From Cirrosporium novae-zelandiae (Eukaryota), in NCBI GenBank assembly GCA_026023565.1, contig JAPETS010000012.1:186001-250000 (forward strand): DNA of 64,000 nucleotides. Reading direction: 5' to 3'. Positions within the stretch are counted from its first letter, which is position 1; the number at the start of each line of letters is the position of its first letter. The notes below the pieces were generated by a model. That model ran no database searches. It was given only the letters and a program-made list of their open reading frames with translations, and had not been told where the DNA came from. Below, piece by piece: positions 48,802 to 61,672 of the stretch. The position numbers and the translations under genes are program-made.

Positions 48802-51800
48802 CTAATCGCCCATGATTTCATCGCCGTCATCGTCCTCGTTTGGGTTGCCTTCTCCTGTTCCTTCTGCAGCCTCTCCCTCGCCGCCGCTGTCATTGCCGTC
48901 GTGGTCGGATGTCTCGTGCTCTTCGCCTCCATGCTCCTGCTCGGCAGTATCATCTTCCGCTTCGTGGTCGTCCTCTTCGATCAACTCTCTCCTCCTGAGG
49001 TCCTCCTCTCCGTCCTCTTCGACCCTTTGTTCTTGCTCTAGCTCATCGTCCTCAATATCGTCATCCTCCACAACCAGGGCCTCGCTCTTTTCGGAGCCCT
49101 TCCCCTTCCCCTTCACGGCTGCTTTCTTCTTCGGCCCCTTCTCCTCAAGGTACTGCACCACTTTACCGAAATTGGTACCTAGTCTAGTCTTATTCTTCAG
49201 TAGCCACTCCCTCAAGCGTCCTGCCGTCCCCCCTTTCCTCCGAGCCCCTTTCGTGCCTTTAGTGTCGATGACTTTAGCTATCATTGCGAGTACGATCCGC
49301 CCCGTAACTTCGCACAGTTGTTTCTCAGCTGTGAGGCTAGCCTGCCAGCGCTGACGGTCACGCTCCTGAGTGTCGGCATCTTCGTCTTCGGTATCTGAGG
49401 CAATGCTGGCAGGTGGTGATGCGACGGAGGAAGTAACCGAGGACAAATCATTGTTGTTATCATCATCGTCATCCTCTTCGTCCTCCTCGGGTTCGGTTTC
49501 TGCAGTCGCAGCTCGTCGCCTGGGCCTCTGGGACTGCGTTTCCGGGGCAAGTGATACTTCCTCAATTGATCGGTGGGATTTCTTAGCGAATGATCGGGCG
49601 AGTCGATTTTGAATTCGGGCGATGGTGCGTTGCATGTCTGGTGGGATTTCGAGGATCATAGATTGCAAAAGCGCGATAAGTTCCGCTGAGTCAGTAGCAT
49701 CGGATCCAGTTACGAGAGATTTGTGAGGTTGGAGGCTTCGGAGGGTAGCGAATAGAGTGTATAGATCTAGGACAGTAGTAGTTGCATAGAGACGGACTGA
49801 ATCTTCTATGCCATGGCGGCCGGTGATGGCTTTCGTGAGCCCGGTCGAGAAGGTTGCGCGGTTGGAGTGAAGAGTTTCGAGGAGAGTGGTTAGGGATGAA
49901 GAAGTGATAGGGGGGGAGGTTGTGGAGGAAGAGGGATCTGTAATAGACGTTTTGAGGGCGGAAAGTTTCCACATAAAATAAGATAATGTGGTTTGCGCTG
50001 CGCTTATGAAGAGGGAGTTCTCTATGGCTTCAATTTCAGGGTCTATTTCGGTACCTGGCTCACCACGGGCCACGAGCATGAGGAGGATGCGAATAGGCTC
50101 GATTGCTGGTGCTTTTGCAGCTTGCTTGCTACGTGGTGACGACGGGACCTTTTCTAGAATCTCGGTGCCATCAGATATTCTGGAAAGATTTGCGATTCGT
50201 CGAATGGTGTGAGAAACATCTGTCAAATCATTACGGCGGAGATTTCCTCGGATACTAACATCTCTACCCTTGACGAGGACATGGAGAGCATTGATTGTAT
50301 CTTCCCACAACAGTTGTACTTTGCCTTCTGTGACCTCTTCCAACTCCTCGGAGCTCTTCGCGTGGAGCAAGGCCGCACTAGCTTCTTCCAACACCATCTG
50401 ACTAGCATGCGTCATAAACTGTTTATTAATATCATCTAGAAGATCAGAATATATTGTTGAGGCCTGTCGTAATTCTTGGAATATATCCAGATTCACAACA
50501 TGACCCAAACGAAGCACCGCGGATGCTGCTTCAGGGGTTGGTCCAAATTTTCTTAGTAGTCGAGGAATGACTTGGGCCAGATGCTGCGCAGTCCTCTCCT
50601 GAACATCTTGTGCTCGCTCTTTTCTCGCTTTTGTTCTTCGCCCTTTTTTAACATCCTCTGACGGGACAGCTCGAATCAGCTGCAATTTGACAGATTCATT
50701 GAGAATTTCCAAGAGAATTGTTTCTTGTCCCTCTTCTAGCTTGCACTCCTTCCGAAAATTATTTTCAATCTCATCAATGTTCTCTGTGTCCATTTGAGAG
50801 TGATCAAAGAGAAGGTATCCTGCAAGACTTTCCCATGATTCCAGTTCTGGCAAAAGGTCATAAATGATTTGTGTGGCAAGTGCAAATCTCGAGTCGAACC
50901 GTCCCGCGGGAATATCACTCAAGGAGGTTTCCCCCTTGTTTGTACCTTCATCAGGACTTTGAGGGTCATAGGATTGCAATATATCCACCAGACACTTGTA
51001 TTTCAACCATTTCCGGGTTGGCGAATCAAACTCATCGTCATCGTCGACATTATCCACGAGGGCTTCCTCAAGTTCGTCATTCCCACCAAGTTCCTCAATC
51101 TTGGAATCATACACATCGTTGATACTTTGTACAAAGAAATTTGAAACAGCCTTTCGAACTCGAGGTTCCGAGTCGTAGATCAATTGTCCAATGGTGTCAA
51201 TATCATCGGGCTCCAGCATTCCTGCCTCTCTGATCAAGTACAATAATTCTACCGCAACTGCTCGTACACCTGGCTCTGCATCTCTTGTCGCCATTTCCAC
51301 GATTCTTGGGCGGAATCTTTCGGTGAAAGTTCGAAGACCTCCGATATTATCCTCATAGTCAAACAATCGTTGAAGCTGCTTGATGACCTCCAACCTTGTA
51401 GGTGCTGAGGTATCCGAAAGGAGCCAGCCTAGATATCTGAGATACTGGCCCTCAAAGAAGACGTCGGGGTATGTTTGAATCCAATACCCTAGTGCTGCGA
51501 CGCAGTCTGTTCGAATTTTGGGATCTACATCTCGATATCGATGGGCAAACACCGCATCAAAAAAGTCTTTGACCATTCCATCCAATGCAGCTTGCCGCTT
51601 TTCACTTTCTTTCACTTTATTCTGCAAGTCCGCTGCTCGTCCTTTATTGACATTTCTCTTTTTCTGCTCTGCTTCCTGTTGTCGTGTGGTATTAGCAACA
51701 CTACCAGCCAGTGTTTTTCCAGCATCGCATAGAGCATCAACCATTTGTAGTGACACAATCGTTGCAGTATGCCGAAATGGCCGAAGCTGGGATGAAGACA

Positions 51801-52687
51801 TCGAAGTAACCCACACCTGGATATTCTCAATGAGAGCAAGGTCGGTATAGAGTAATCCTGAGGCATTAGCAGCCTCGATTAGGGCATCGAAGAATCCGGT
51901 GAGAGTAGTTCGAAAGTTAGCGTGTCCCTTTGCCCTCGATACCAAAGGATATTCTGTAAACTCTTCAGCCTGATATTCTTCCTGTAAATCTTCTAACACG
52001 CTTGGGGCACTATCCGCGTCCTCGATTTGATGAACGTCTACTTTCAAGTTTCGTCCGGTGCAGCGTAGAATAAGATTTACAAGGTCACACATCGCGTTCG
52101 CGTTGTGTTCTTGATATTGTGATAACCAGTCGGCAGCAACAGCCTCAACGGTATGACCACGCGCAAAGAGCTCAGCTGTCGAAAATATTAGCTGTTTGAA
52201 ATAGAGAGAGTAGAAACTCGGGATTACCATAGAGACCCTCTGCATCATCAATAGCGCTTGGTCTCGGTTTAGGTCTCTTCCTAGACCGCCCAGTAGGCTT
52301 CCGCCCATTTGTAACGGGTCTAATAGCAAGACTCAAGCCCGTAATATTATTCGTCCTAGGTTTCTTCGTCTTAGGCTTAACACTCGGTTTCTTCCTTTGG
52401 GCCCTTCGTCTCTCCTTTAATTCTTCTTCATCAGGCTCCCCTTCATCGTCTTCCGAGCTCTCTTCATTTTCGTCTTCGGGCTCTTCACTCACTCCATTTT
52501 CCATTTCTTCATCAGACTTGTCTTCATCGCGTTTTCTCTTTGTACCTCCATTTTGAGTTGGAGAACTCCTAAGTCCATCTTCAGAGAAAAAGGCCGGTTT
52601 CCTAATCACTCGACCGGATTTGCGCCGGCCGATTGAACTTGGTACATCTGGGTCTGAGAGCTCCATACTAGACAGGCGAGCTGGCAT
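48802..52687 (-). CDS. SCC3: Cohesin subunit Scc3/Psc3/STAG
   Basis: Exon 52687-52228, intron 52227-52176. STAG/SCD motifs RPFRHTAT, FAHRYRDVDPKIR, QYLRYLGWLLSD, FTERFRPRIVEM; acidic C-terminal tail. Confidence 0.95.
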
Positions 52688-52817
52688 GAAGGGCGGACAA
52701 CCCAGAGGGGTAGATGTAAGATGTCAACCCAATTGAAGATAAGGCGCGCAATATGCTGGCGCAGGTAAGGTGACGTCTGCGGGTAGAAGAAGAATTGTAG
52801 TTATTAACGGCAATAAA

Positions 52818-52823
52818 ACGCGT
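52818..52823. promoter_or_regulatory. MCB element upstream of SCC3
   Basis: ACGCGT about 130 bp upstream of the ATG, with further CGCG cores near 52745, 52963 and 52984. Function is inferred. Confidence 0.5.
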
Positions 52824-53559
52824 AGGAACAAAATTCCCGGGAGTAGTTTAGTTTTATGTTTAGCGCATCTCATTCCGACCGGTAAAGAGACGTGAAGAGC
52901 ACACCTGACATGTTGCAAATCGAAGTGTTCATAATGTGGAGGTGGAGATGGTGTATTGTCGGACGCGGCGCAGAGTTCCCTCCACGCGCCTTGAAATCGG
53001 AAGTTTCCGCCTAGCGTGTCCCCAAAGCTCAAAGCCCTCCACAGTGCAGTACAGTACAATCCCAGACCGAGGTAAGTTATTGTTCTCTAGGCCTCAGTTG
53101 CCTTTTGGCTGTGAGTTGTGATATGCCGATACTTGGGAATTTGGCTGACTGTGACTGAGATCGAGAATCTCACATAGGGATGAGACATAACCGTGAGCAG
53201 GCTATATCCTTCTTCAAGAGAAATCGCTTCAAAACTTATTGATAACCGTCTTATTTAGCCCCTCACTTGATAACCCACTTTACGCATAAGTGAGGTCCGG
53301 GATCCCTATTAAATATTATTTAAGACTCATTGGTGTCGGGGCCTTGAAGCAATAGTAAATGCCATGATCGCAAATCATGACAGTTGAGCGAGCCATTGAA
53401 AATCAACTAAGGAAAATCGCTCCTTCCGAAGACCTTTAGCATTTACTTGGTGCCGCTATTCATGTCTTTATCATAGCTGACTTATAGACCAAAAACGCTA
53501 CAGTATGACGAGATGACTATTGAACGTTAGATCCTCGCTCACTGTAATCCAGCAAAATC

Positions 53560-54594
53560 ATGGCGACATTTAACTCCCCCTTTGCAAAATATATCCCGCA
53601 ACCCGGCAATGGAACTCTTCATCTAGCTCTCCTCTCGCCATCCGTCCTCACGCTCAGCAAGTTTTCTTATAGCTATCCTTTGAAACTCATCGCACCCTCG
53701 TCGCATACCTCCCCGTCAAATCATCAGGTTGCAACTGTCTTTCTTCTCAGCTATGGCGGAGGCCTTCTTCCCAATGACCATATATATTTAACGGTGCATC
53801 AAGAGCGAGAGACGAGGTTAGCAATACTTACACAGGGCAGTACTAAGATATTTCCACAACAGAAAGAGAAAGAGGGGGCAGTTCAGGGGAAACCGGGAAG
53901 TTCACAGTTCCTGGATGTGACGATTGATGATAACGCGGCACTCTGCTATCTCCCTGATCCAGTGCAGCCATTCGGGACAAGCATATACGAACAGAAACAA
54001 ATGTTTAGGGTCAGGGAGGGCAGCTCAAGTAGCCTCTGCGTTTTAGACTGGGTTAGTGAAGGTCGACGTGCTCGGGGAGAGAGTTGGAAATTTTATCGCT
54101 GGGCGGGGAGAAATGAAGTATGGATGTCCTCTACTTCAGGTTCTGATGAAATTGCAAACCCTGGGGAGAGGCTTCTTCTAAGAGACAATGTCATTCTGGA
54201 CGCTTCATCTACCCTAGGATTCTTAGCAGACCGAATGGAAAACATGGGTGTTATTGGGACTTTAACTATTTACGGGCCCTTGTTTCAGAGCTTGGGGGAG
54301 TACTTTTTGGATGAATTCAAGAAACTTCCTAGGATAGGGGCTCGCAATTGGTCTACTCATGACTCAGAGGCCGCGCCACAGATCTCTCAAGAAGAGCAAA
54401 TACGGATCACTCGACAGTCTCAAGAGAAAGAAGCTGGCGTAATCTGGACAGCTGCACGAGTTAGAAGCTGTGTTCTTGTAAAGTTTGGGGCGAGAGAAGT
54501 GGAGGGAGGGAGAAAATGGCTAGGGGCCATGCTTAAAGCTGAAGGAAGTGTGGAGAGGGAATTTGGAGAAAGGGCCCTACTTTGTTTGAGATGA
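53560..54594 (+). CDS. ureD: Urease accessory protein UreD/UreH
   Basis: YSYPLKLI, SYGGGL, LTQGSTKIF, YLPDPVQPF, LDWVSEGRRARGESW, LLLRDNVIL. Confidence 0.92.
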   Translation: MATFNSPFAKYIPQPGNGTLHLALLSPSVLTLSKFSYSYPLKLIAPSSHTSPSNHQVATVFLLSYGGGLLPNDHIYLTVHQERETRLAILTQGSTKIFPQQKEKEGAVQGKPGSSQFLDVTIDDNAALCYLPDPVQPFGTSIYEQKQMFRVREGSSSSLCVLDWVSEGRRARGESWKFYRWAGRNEVWMSSTSGSDEIANPGERLLLRDNVILDASSTLGFLADRMENMGVIGTLTIYGPLFQSLGEYFLDEFKKLPRIGARNWSTHDSEAAPQISQEEQIRITRQSQEKEAGVIWTAARVRSCVLVKFGAREVEGGRKWLGAMLKAEGSVEREFGERALLCLR

Positions 54595-55220
54595 TTGTGC
54601 TCTTTTGCGCGACCTCCAAGTAGTGCTGGAAATCACATGATGGGCATATCGAACTTCCCGCAAGTTAACCTACTTACTATCTCAATGTTTGCCGCTGGCC
54701 CTTTCCGAAATGCCCTGGTTTGTGGAATATTCAAGCTTGGGTATTCTCCATCGATTTGAGGGGCAAACAACAGACAAGGTAAGCTATTATTGTATAATTT
54801 AGCCATCTTCAACTTTAGACATGCTCTAATTTAGAGCTGTGCCTACATTCCCCCAGAAATCAACTTTAATATATTATTTAACTTGGGTTCGTGCCTCAGG
54901 AGGTCCTTGGATGTACCTACCTTGCTAGATCCCATTCTTGATTAGAAGTTCACTTCATATGTAGATTCGATTCTACAACAAGTGATAGGTTGGACGAAAT
55001 AGTAACCACCTATTTCTTCAAATGTTCATCTTTTAAGTTTTCTCCCAGGTATTTATATTCACTCTGGGCATCCTCCCCCAAAATTATATATTGAAATACA
55101 TATACATGCTTATCTGTTATAACTCAGCCATCTTTTAATCTTTTTCTTTTACATCGTCACTCTAACACTAATGCAACGTTCTTAGCTCGGCTCTTCTCTT
55201 GATTATTACCACGCTAGCAT

Positions 55221-56000
55221 ATGCAATTATTCGGTCATCCAATGCCGACCTTGGAAATGGCATTGCAACGGGGTAACGACTCCAGCACTCCAATTTATGA
55301 GTATGTATTCCTTTGCCCAAGCCGGATGTCTACTAATTCTCATCTCCATAGGCTGGTAACCGGGCCGGAAATGGTCAATGTATTTGTTGGTGGCCGGAAA
55401 CACTTCTACGTCCACAAACGTTTACTTTTGGAGAGGGGAGGACCTTTCTTCGAAGCCATTCTGAATCGCCTCAGACAAAGCATAGTCAATATAATCCAAC
55501 TACCAGACGAGGAACCCACCACATTTGGCCTCTTCTTGCTCTGGCTCTTCGGATCTCCCTTACCGAGGCCGCTCACCTACCAAGCGTGCCTCGACCTAAG
55601 CTATCTCTGGATCTTCGCCAACAAAATCTGCATAACGGACCTCAAGGATGCAGCTATAGACGAGATTGTTGATGGCTACTGGCACATTCGCACAAAAAAG
55701 AAAAACTCTGATTGCATGCTGCCCAAGATGAAGGACGTTGCAGAAATCCATAGGAAAACGAACGACAGCAGCCAACTTCGACGGTTATACTTTGATATTG
55801 TAGTTTACAATGCAGCGTTCATCGCCACTCGTGAAGATTTTGATCAGGAGAAGACGCTGAAGGATATCTTCCGCTATGGAGGGGATTTACCGGCCGACTT
55901 AGCACTTAAGTTTATCCAGGCTTTCTCATCCCGAGAGAACAATCCTTTGGAGTGGCCACGGTCGGGCAGATATCATGAACATAGGACACTCCCTCGATGA
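55221..56000 (+). CDS. BTB/POZ domain protein
   Basis: MVNVFVG..KHFYVHKRLL...FFEA...IQLPDEEPTTFGLFLLWLF, LWIFANKICITDLKDAAID. Probable 51-nt intron at 55301-55351; start uncertain. Confidence 0.82.
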   Translation: MQLFGHPMPTLEMALQRGNDSSTPIYEYVFLCPSRMSTNSHLHRLVTGPEMVNVFVGGRKHFYVHKRLLLERGGPFFEAILNRLRQSIVNIIQLPDEEPTTFGLFLLWLFGSPLPRPLTYQACLDLSYLWIFANKICITDLKDAAIDEIVDGYWHIRTKKKNSDCMLPKMKDVAEIHRKTNDSSQLRRLYFDIVVYNAAFIATREDFDQEKTLKDIFRYGGDLPADLALKFIQAFSSRENNPLEWPRSGRYHEHRTLPR

Positions 56001-56600
56001 TAAAAGATTGTTAACTATGAGAGGACAATTAAACTCAGCGTCACTCCACTAAAAAGGGATTCGGTTTAGAAATTATAGAATAATGATGTGATACGGGGAT
56101 ACCTTAATTAGTATAGCTACATAACTAGTTCTGATTTTCGTGTGAAAAAAATGAGCATATTTATTGAAGAACAATTTTATATCGCAAAAAGGTTACCAAT
56201 TTTTGCTTGGTCTCAGGGGCACTCCAGGCTCCCAGGTTCCTATGGGATCTTCCAGCCCTTGGCCTTAGACTTCAGCCGACAGCTCGTTCCTTTTATTAGC
56301 TTGGCCTAATTTTCTTTGTTGCTGTGTAGGATTAGAAGAATGATGTTGGACGACGTTTAAAGATGTAGGCAGGGAAGGAGACACATTAATCCAGACTAGC
56401 TATCAAAGCTATGATGGAATACACGCTAAACAGCTTGAGGAACGACGGTTACTAAACCCCGCATTTTATCTCCAGGCAACAAACAAAAGTACAGCCTCAT
56501 ATGATTAAATAGGTTTTTTTTATTTCCCCTATAGGACAATTAAAACCAAACATTTCCCATTCCCTTTTATTTTAAGCCCATACAATTATATATCATCGCA

Positions 56601-58380
56601 ATGGCACACCCAACCGCACAAAAGCGCCGTTCGGCCTGCGATCGATGCCACTCCCAAAAATTACGCTGCCTCAAACAGCCCGGGAACGGTAACTGTGATA
56701 GATGCCTCAAGCTTGGTGCGCAGTGCATTTTCAGCCCCTCGATGAGGGGATTTCGCCCCCCGCCGCAGGTCTTGGGGAGGAGAAGAGGGTTCGAGGAAAT
56801 GAACAGTGCTGCTAATACCGGAATGGAGATGGGGACGGAGATGAGTGGTAAGTTAGCTGCTTTCAAGGTTGTTTGTTTCTATTACAATGCTTTCTCTCCT
56901 TCTAAATATTGTAATTGCTAGTTTCGATTTTGCCAACCCTTTTTTGGATGAAGCTGGGAGTTGGGCTAGGGGCATATATATTGACGTTTATTTAGGTCAA
57001 GTTGAGAACGACATGTTCGATTCTATGCTTGTGGACAACTGGACATCTAACCCTAAATCCCCTAGGCTAAATGATACCACTGCTGGATTCGATGAATTCT
57101 TCCTCGTGGATGAGAATCATCCTTTTCCGGAAGACTTACTCCAGAATCCAACCTCAACTACAATAGCAACAACAGCGACGGCGATGTCGATCGATACACA
57201 TGATCCTGTTCCCATAAACGACCCAATGATCTGTCATGAAAATGCTCCACTACTATATGCACAATCATCCGTTGGACATAATGAGAATGGTAATGGCTCA
57301 ACAGAGTCAGATTTGCCTGGCCTTGGCTATAGCAGCGGTGGTTCGACACAACCGTCGTCGGGAACCGATCGGTCTCCTAACCACAGTAAAATCGAAAACA
57401 GCCAAAAGAAACGAGACAGGGCGGCATTTATATCAGCTCGTTCGAGTGCAGTGGATGTCACTAGGCAGCTGGCAGAGCTTTCGGCTGCCCTCGCCGAGCA
57501 CGTTGCTACAATCCCCCCGCTCTCTATTCATGAGAGTCCCCACATCTGCATATCTTCTCCTAATTCAAACCAAATAGACTCTGATACATCTTCAGACGAG
57601 AATACCACTACAAATGGAATTAAAACAACGTGCCTTAAATGTTACGGCAAAGGAACATTTTCAATGGAGCAAACATTTAACTATGCGGAAAACTTGGTCG
57701 CTTTATACCCGCAATTCATTAGCTCTATCATTCAGTTAGAAACGCCAATGCAATCTCTGCGCATGAATCTTAACAGTAACAGCATCTCCTCTCCTACACA
57801 GATGAAACATAATGAAAACCCTCCTTCTCAAAAGTCCACCTCACATTCCACATTAACATCAAACCACAAAGCTTCACGAGCACCCCGACTCGATCACGCA
57901 TCAATTTTCCTCCTCCTCTCATGCCATCACCGCCTTCTCGATGTCTGGGAATCTGTAATAAACCACCTGCAGATAAAAACAAGTAAAAATGCAGGACGAC
58001 ACAACGCTGATTATTCCCGCTGTGTGAAGCTAAAAATTGGATCTTACGTCCCGTCCATGACGTCAGCAGTATCAATGTATATGACGCTATTTATCGGGTT
58101 GGCAGAGAAGCTGGCTGAGCACGCGAATGGGCTGGCAGATAAGGTAGCAGAAGTAGTATCATCATCATCACCAATGCCCCCAAACAATCCTGTTGAAAAT
58201 CAAGATATCAACGAAATGACCGGAGGACAACCCCACAAAACCCCATCGCAGATATCATCCGCCACATATCTAGATCCTACAGTAATGGCCTGTCAATCGT
58301 TGAGGGCCAGCGCAAGCGACATGGTCAAGCTGATATGCAATATTCAGCAACAGATGCTACAACAATCTCAATCAAGTTAG
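56601..58380 (+). CDS. Zn(II)2Cys6 transcription factor of the cluster/pathway-specific type
   Basis: N-terminal ACDRCHSQKLRC...CDRCLKLGAQC. Intron 56848-56995 restores the frame (MSG-QVEN). Later motif IFLLLSCHHRLLDVW; no full middle homology region recognised. Confidence 0.88.
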
Positions 58381-60762
58381 CGGTTGATGGGAACTTGGAG
58401 GTCGGGAGTTTTTTATGGCTTCATGCCATGCTACTGCAAACTTATTACTTGAGCGAAATTGCTTAGAGCTTAGAACTTCAGCCAGCGAATTCCGCACAAG
58501 CAAGTTCTAAAATAGAGCTAGAACTTAGCCCTAAACTCTGTGATCTAACGGTTGGGACCCCCAATCAGTCACTTGGTTGGTGAAAATGAGCTATGGGGTT
58601 GGCCGTTACGCTATTCTAGGGGGGTTGACTAGTATAGGATTCAATGGCCGAGTTCTAAATGATAGAGAGAGTATAGGGATGAAATATGTATATCTCACAC
58701 GCAGTTGATGCTACGTATGTTAGCTGGATGCGTGTCACGGAATCAACCCTCGGCGAGTAGCTGAAGCTCCTGCATAGCTAGGCCCGCATATGGATTCTTG
58801 GTCAAACGTAAACATATATATATCTATGTGGCGAGGAGAGAGTTCCGAGCGTTTGGATAATTTGATTCCAGTGTCCTAAGGGAGTGTTGTTGGTTAGGTA
58901 GGAGAATCAACTCCCACAAGGACGTGATTTTAGGGAATAAGACCTCCAAGCGATAAGGGCCAAGGGGGTGTTTCATTCCCCCTTCACATATGCATATTTT
59001 TATATTGAACACGCATGCCCTGGGCTGGTTAACATGGATATATCGGATAAGGACCTAAGGGAGTCCAAGAGGGACCATCACAGCTGAAGGCCCTTGAAAT
59101 TGAACGTCCAGGAGCTGCAACGGTCGTAAGGTAAAAAAACTATCACGAGCAATGCCGTGGAACAGGATAGAGATTGGTCCTTCCGGTCCTTGTACATGTA
59201 CCTCAAAGGGAATGCGAAAACACAAAAATCAAAGGTTCCTTTGAGAGGAGAAGTTTGGGGCTTGCTTGCATATGAAGATGGGGGAATATAATAGCAAGGA
59301 GGGGAGAGGGGGGAGGAATGAATGCAACTCGATCACATTCTCGTTTTATGTTTTGACCGTGTTTGCTATTACCTTTTTAAGCCTCTGGGATTTTCTGCTT
59401 GTAACTTCTTGTTTGTTTGTTTGTTTGTTTGAGGCATTATTCATTTATCTATTTATCCATGAACGAACTGATTTCTCAGCCTCAGAAATTTATTTTGACG
59501 ATGGAAAGGCATCCCTGGGGTCAGATCTAGGTTCTAGGATATTATTATATTGCTGTTTGCTGCCAAGGGGGAGAAAATGTGAGGGGAGGGGGTCAAGGCG
59601 ATGGAGAAAATAAAGATACTCGAGTACTTGAAGAGGGGGTTTTATATTGTTCGGGTGTTTTTTATAGGGCGGGGAGAGAGCTCCTTGGGGATTTCTAGCA
59701 TTCCGGGATTCGGTTTATCCGTGATTGATATATCTGAGTAGAATTATAGGTTATGGAATTAAAACGATATTATAGCTATACCAATTAAAAATGAAATAGG
59801 TGGTTCTCTCTCTCTATCTCTCTCTCTGTGCAATATCAGAGAGGGTTATATACACCTTACTGAAGAGAATACTCAAGGGCCTGCATACACCAGCATAGCC
59901 GGTAACAGGTTTTTACTGCATTCTACCTATAGTAGGGATATTTATTAAACGGGCTGGCTTAGGAATGCACGTCACAATTAACGGGTTTGAGGAAATACAC
60001 AGGAAAATTACAAGAAAAGCCTGTAATTAACGGAAATGCACGTTCAACTATATGAAGAAGGTCGCTTATATTAATCAGACAGGGGAAAGAGAAGTGATAT
60101 ATCCGTAGTTGCACCGAACCAGCCAGCAAGTTCAGCAAGTTATGCACCTTGCAAATTGTAGTTAAGGGTCTGTCTGGGTCTGGTGTGTCGGTTGGAGAGG
60201 GGGGGAGTTAACGGAAAGACTAATATAAGGAAGGATGAATCAGGGTGATTGATTATGAAATGGTAGTCTATTTAATTATCTAATCAAAATGAGGGAATAA
60301 AGAAAATAAAAAATGAATGAAAGAACGAGAAATTACCGGGTTAGAAGGAAGGGTTGATTTGATTGATTTTGGACTCTACTGAGTATCTACTCTAGAGGGA
60401 AGGAAGTCAAAAAAACATACGACTAGCACGAGGTGACGACGTCCGTTTAGCACACGATTGAGGGGGACGCCAATGTAGCTAAGCGAAGAAATTTCCTCGG
60501 TTCCAGCCGTGCCAACCTTAAAAATTACCATCCACCGCATCCGCATCCCACATTCGATCCCTGGACCTTTGACTTTCCCGCCTCGCTCGTTAACCCTTTG
60601 GAAGATCCCGTCCACGCTAGTTTAGTGAACCCAACCGTGTCAACCTACTTTATACTTGTGGCACGTGTGTGGTAATTGCTCCCTCGTTACATGTTACAGT
60701 GTACAATGTACACGCCATCTCGATCACCCTATTTGTTTTGTTTGTCGTTAATTCCATAATTA

Positions 60763-61606
60763 GAGAGGTCGGACGGGTCTATGGACAGCCCTAGCTCTTG
60801 GACGCTCGTTTCCGTAAACCCCACCAAAAATGACATTATTTGAAATATTAATAATAAATTCAGTTTTAGGTAATTTTGATTAATTATTTTTTATATATTT
60901 TAATTTTTAATAGAAATGGTCATATATTAAGTCTTTAGTTTAAAAATCTTATTTCATTGGTGGTATAAATATATAGTTCTATGTAGTGTAAGTAGTAGCC
61001 ATACAAATTACTAGTAAAAATCGATTTTTTGATATAGTTATAATAACTTTTGCTATTTTGAATATTTTAAAAAAAGGTTTTCACATTTATAATTAGTATA
61101 TTATAAAGAATTTATATTTTTAATTACGAATCAAAATATTCAATAAAAAAATAGTTATTAAAGATTTGAATTTTTTCTAATAAAAATTTTGTATGGTAAA
61201 ATACAAATTCTTAAATAACTAAACCAAAAATAATTTTTATTAATAATAAATTAAAATCCAGAATTTCTATTATATATGGATTATAAAAGTGAAAGAATTT
61301 TTTAAAAATATTAAAAATAGCAAAAGTTATTTTATTATATTAATATTTTGATTTTACTAGTAATTTATATGGCAACTATTTATATTTAATTGTATTTGTT
61401 TTATTTGACCAATAGAATAGTATTTTTAGACTAAAAACTTAATATATGACTATTTCTATTAAAAATTAAAATATATAAAAAATAATTAATCAAAATTACC
61501 TAAAACTGAATTTATTATTAATATTTCAAATAATGTCATTTTTGGTGGGGTTTACGGAAACGAGCGTCCAAGAGCTAGGGCTGTCCATAGACCCGTCCGA
61601 CCTCTC
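60763..61606. mobile_element. Non-autonomous fold-back/MITE-like DNA element, 844 bp, with long TIRs and TA flanks
   Basis: The first 155 bp (GAGAGGTCGGACGGGTCTATGGACAG...) are the exact reverse complement of the last 155 bp. TA at 60761-62 and 61607-08. Degenerate inverted symmetry continues to the centre; very AT-rich interior with no ORF. Confidence 0.93.
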
Positions 61607-61672
61607 TATGCCTTGCTATTTATGCTAATTCTACTGTACCTCTTCCCTACTGCTACTCTAGTATTTAACTAC

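Noticed and set aside
48812..49612. Ser-rich ORFs antisense to SCC3 (and similar ones antisense to RPC53, FEX and importin-alpha)
   Set aside because: Shadow frames of acidic or biased coding sequence.
58460..58530. TAGAGCT(T)AGAACTT repeats and an AAGTTCTA/TAGAACTT hairpin that superficially resemble a Cas9 sgRNA scaffold or a Fanzor omegaRNA
   Set aside because: Only a short word match; no repeat-spacer array and no Cas, TnpB or Fanzor ORF in the window.
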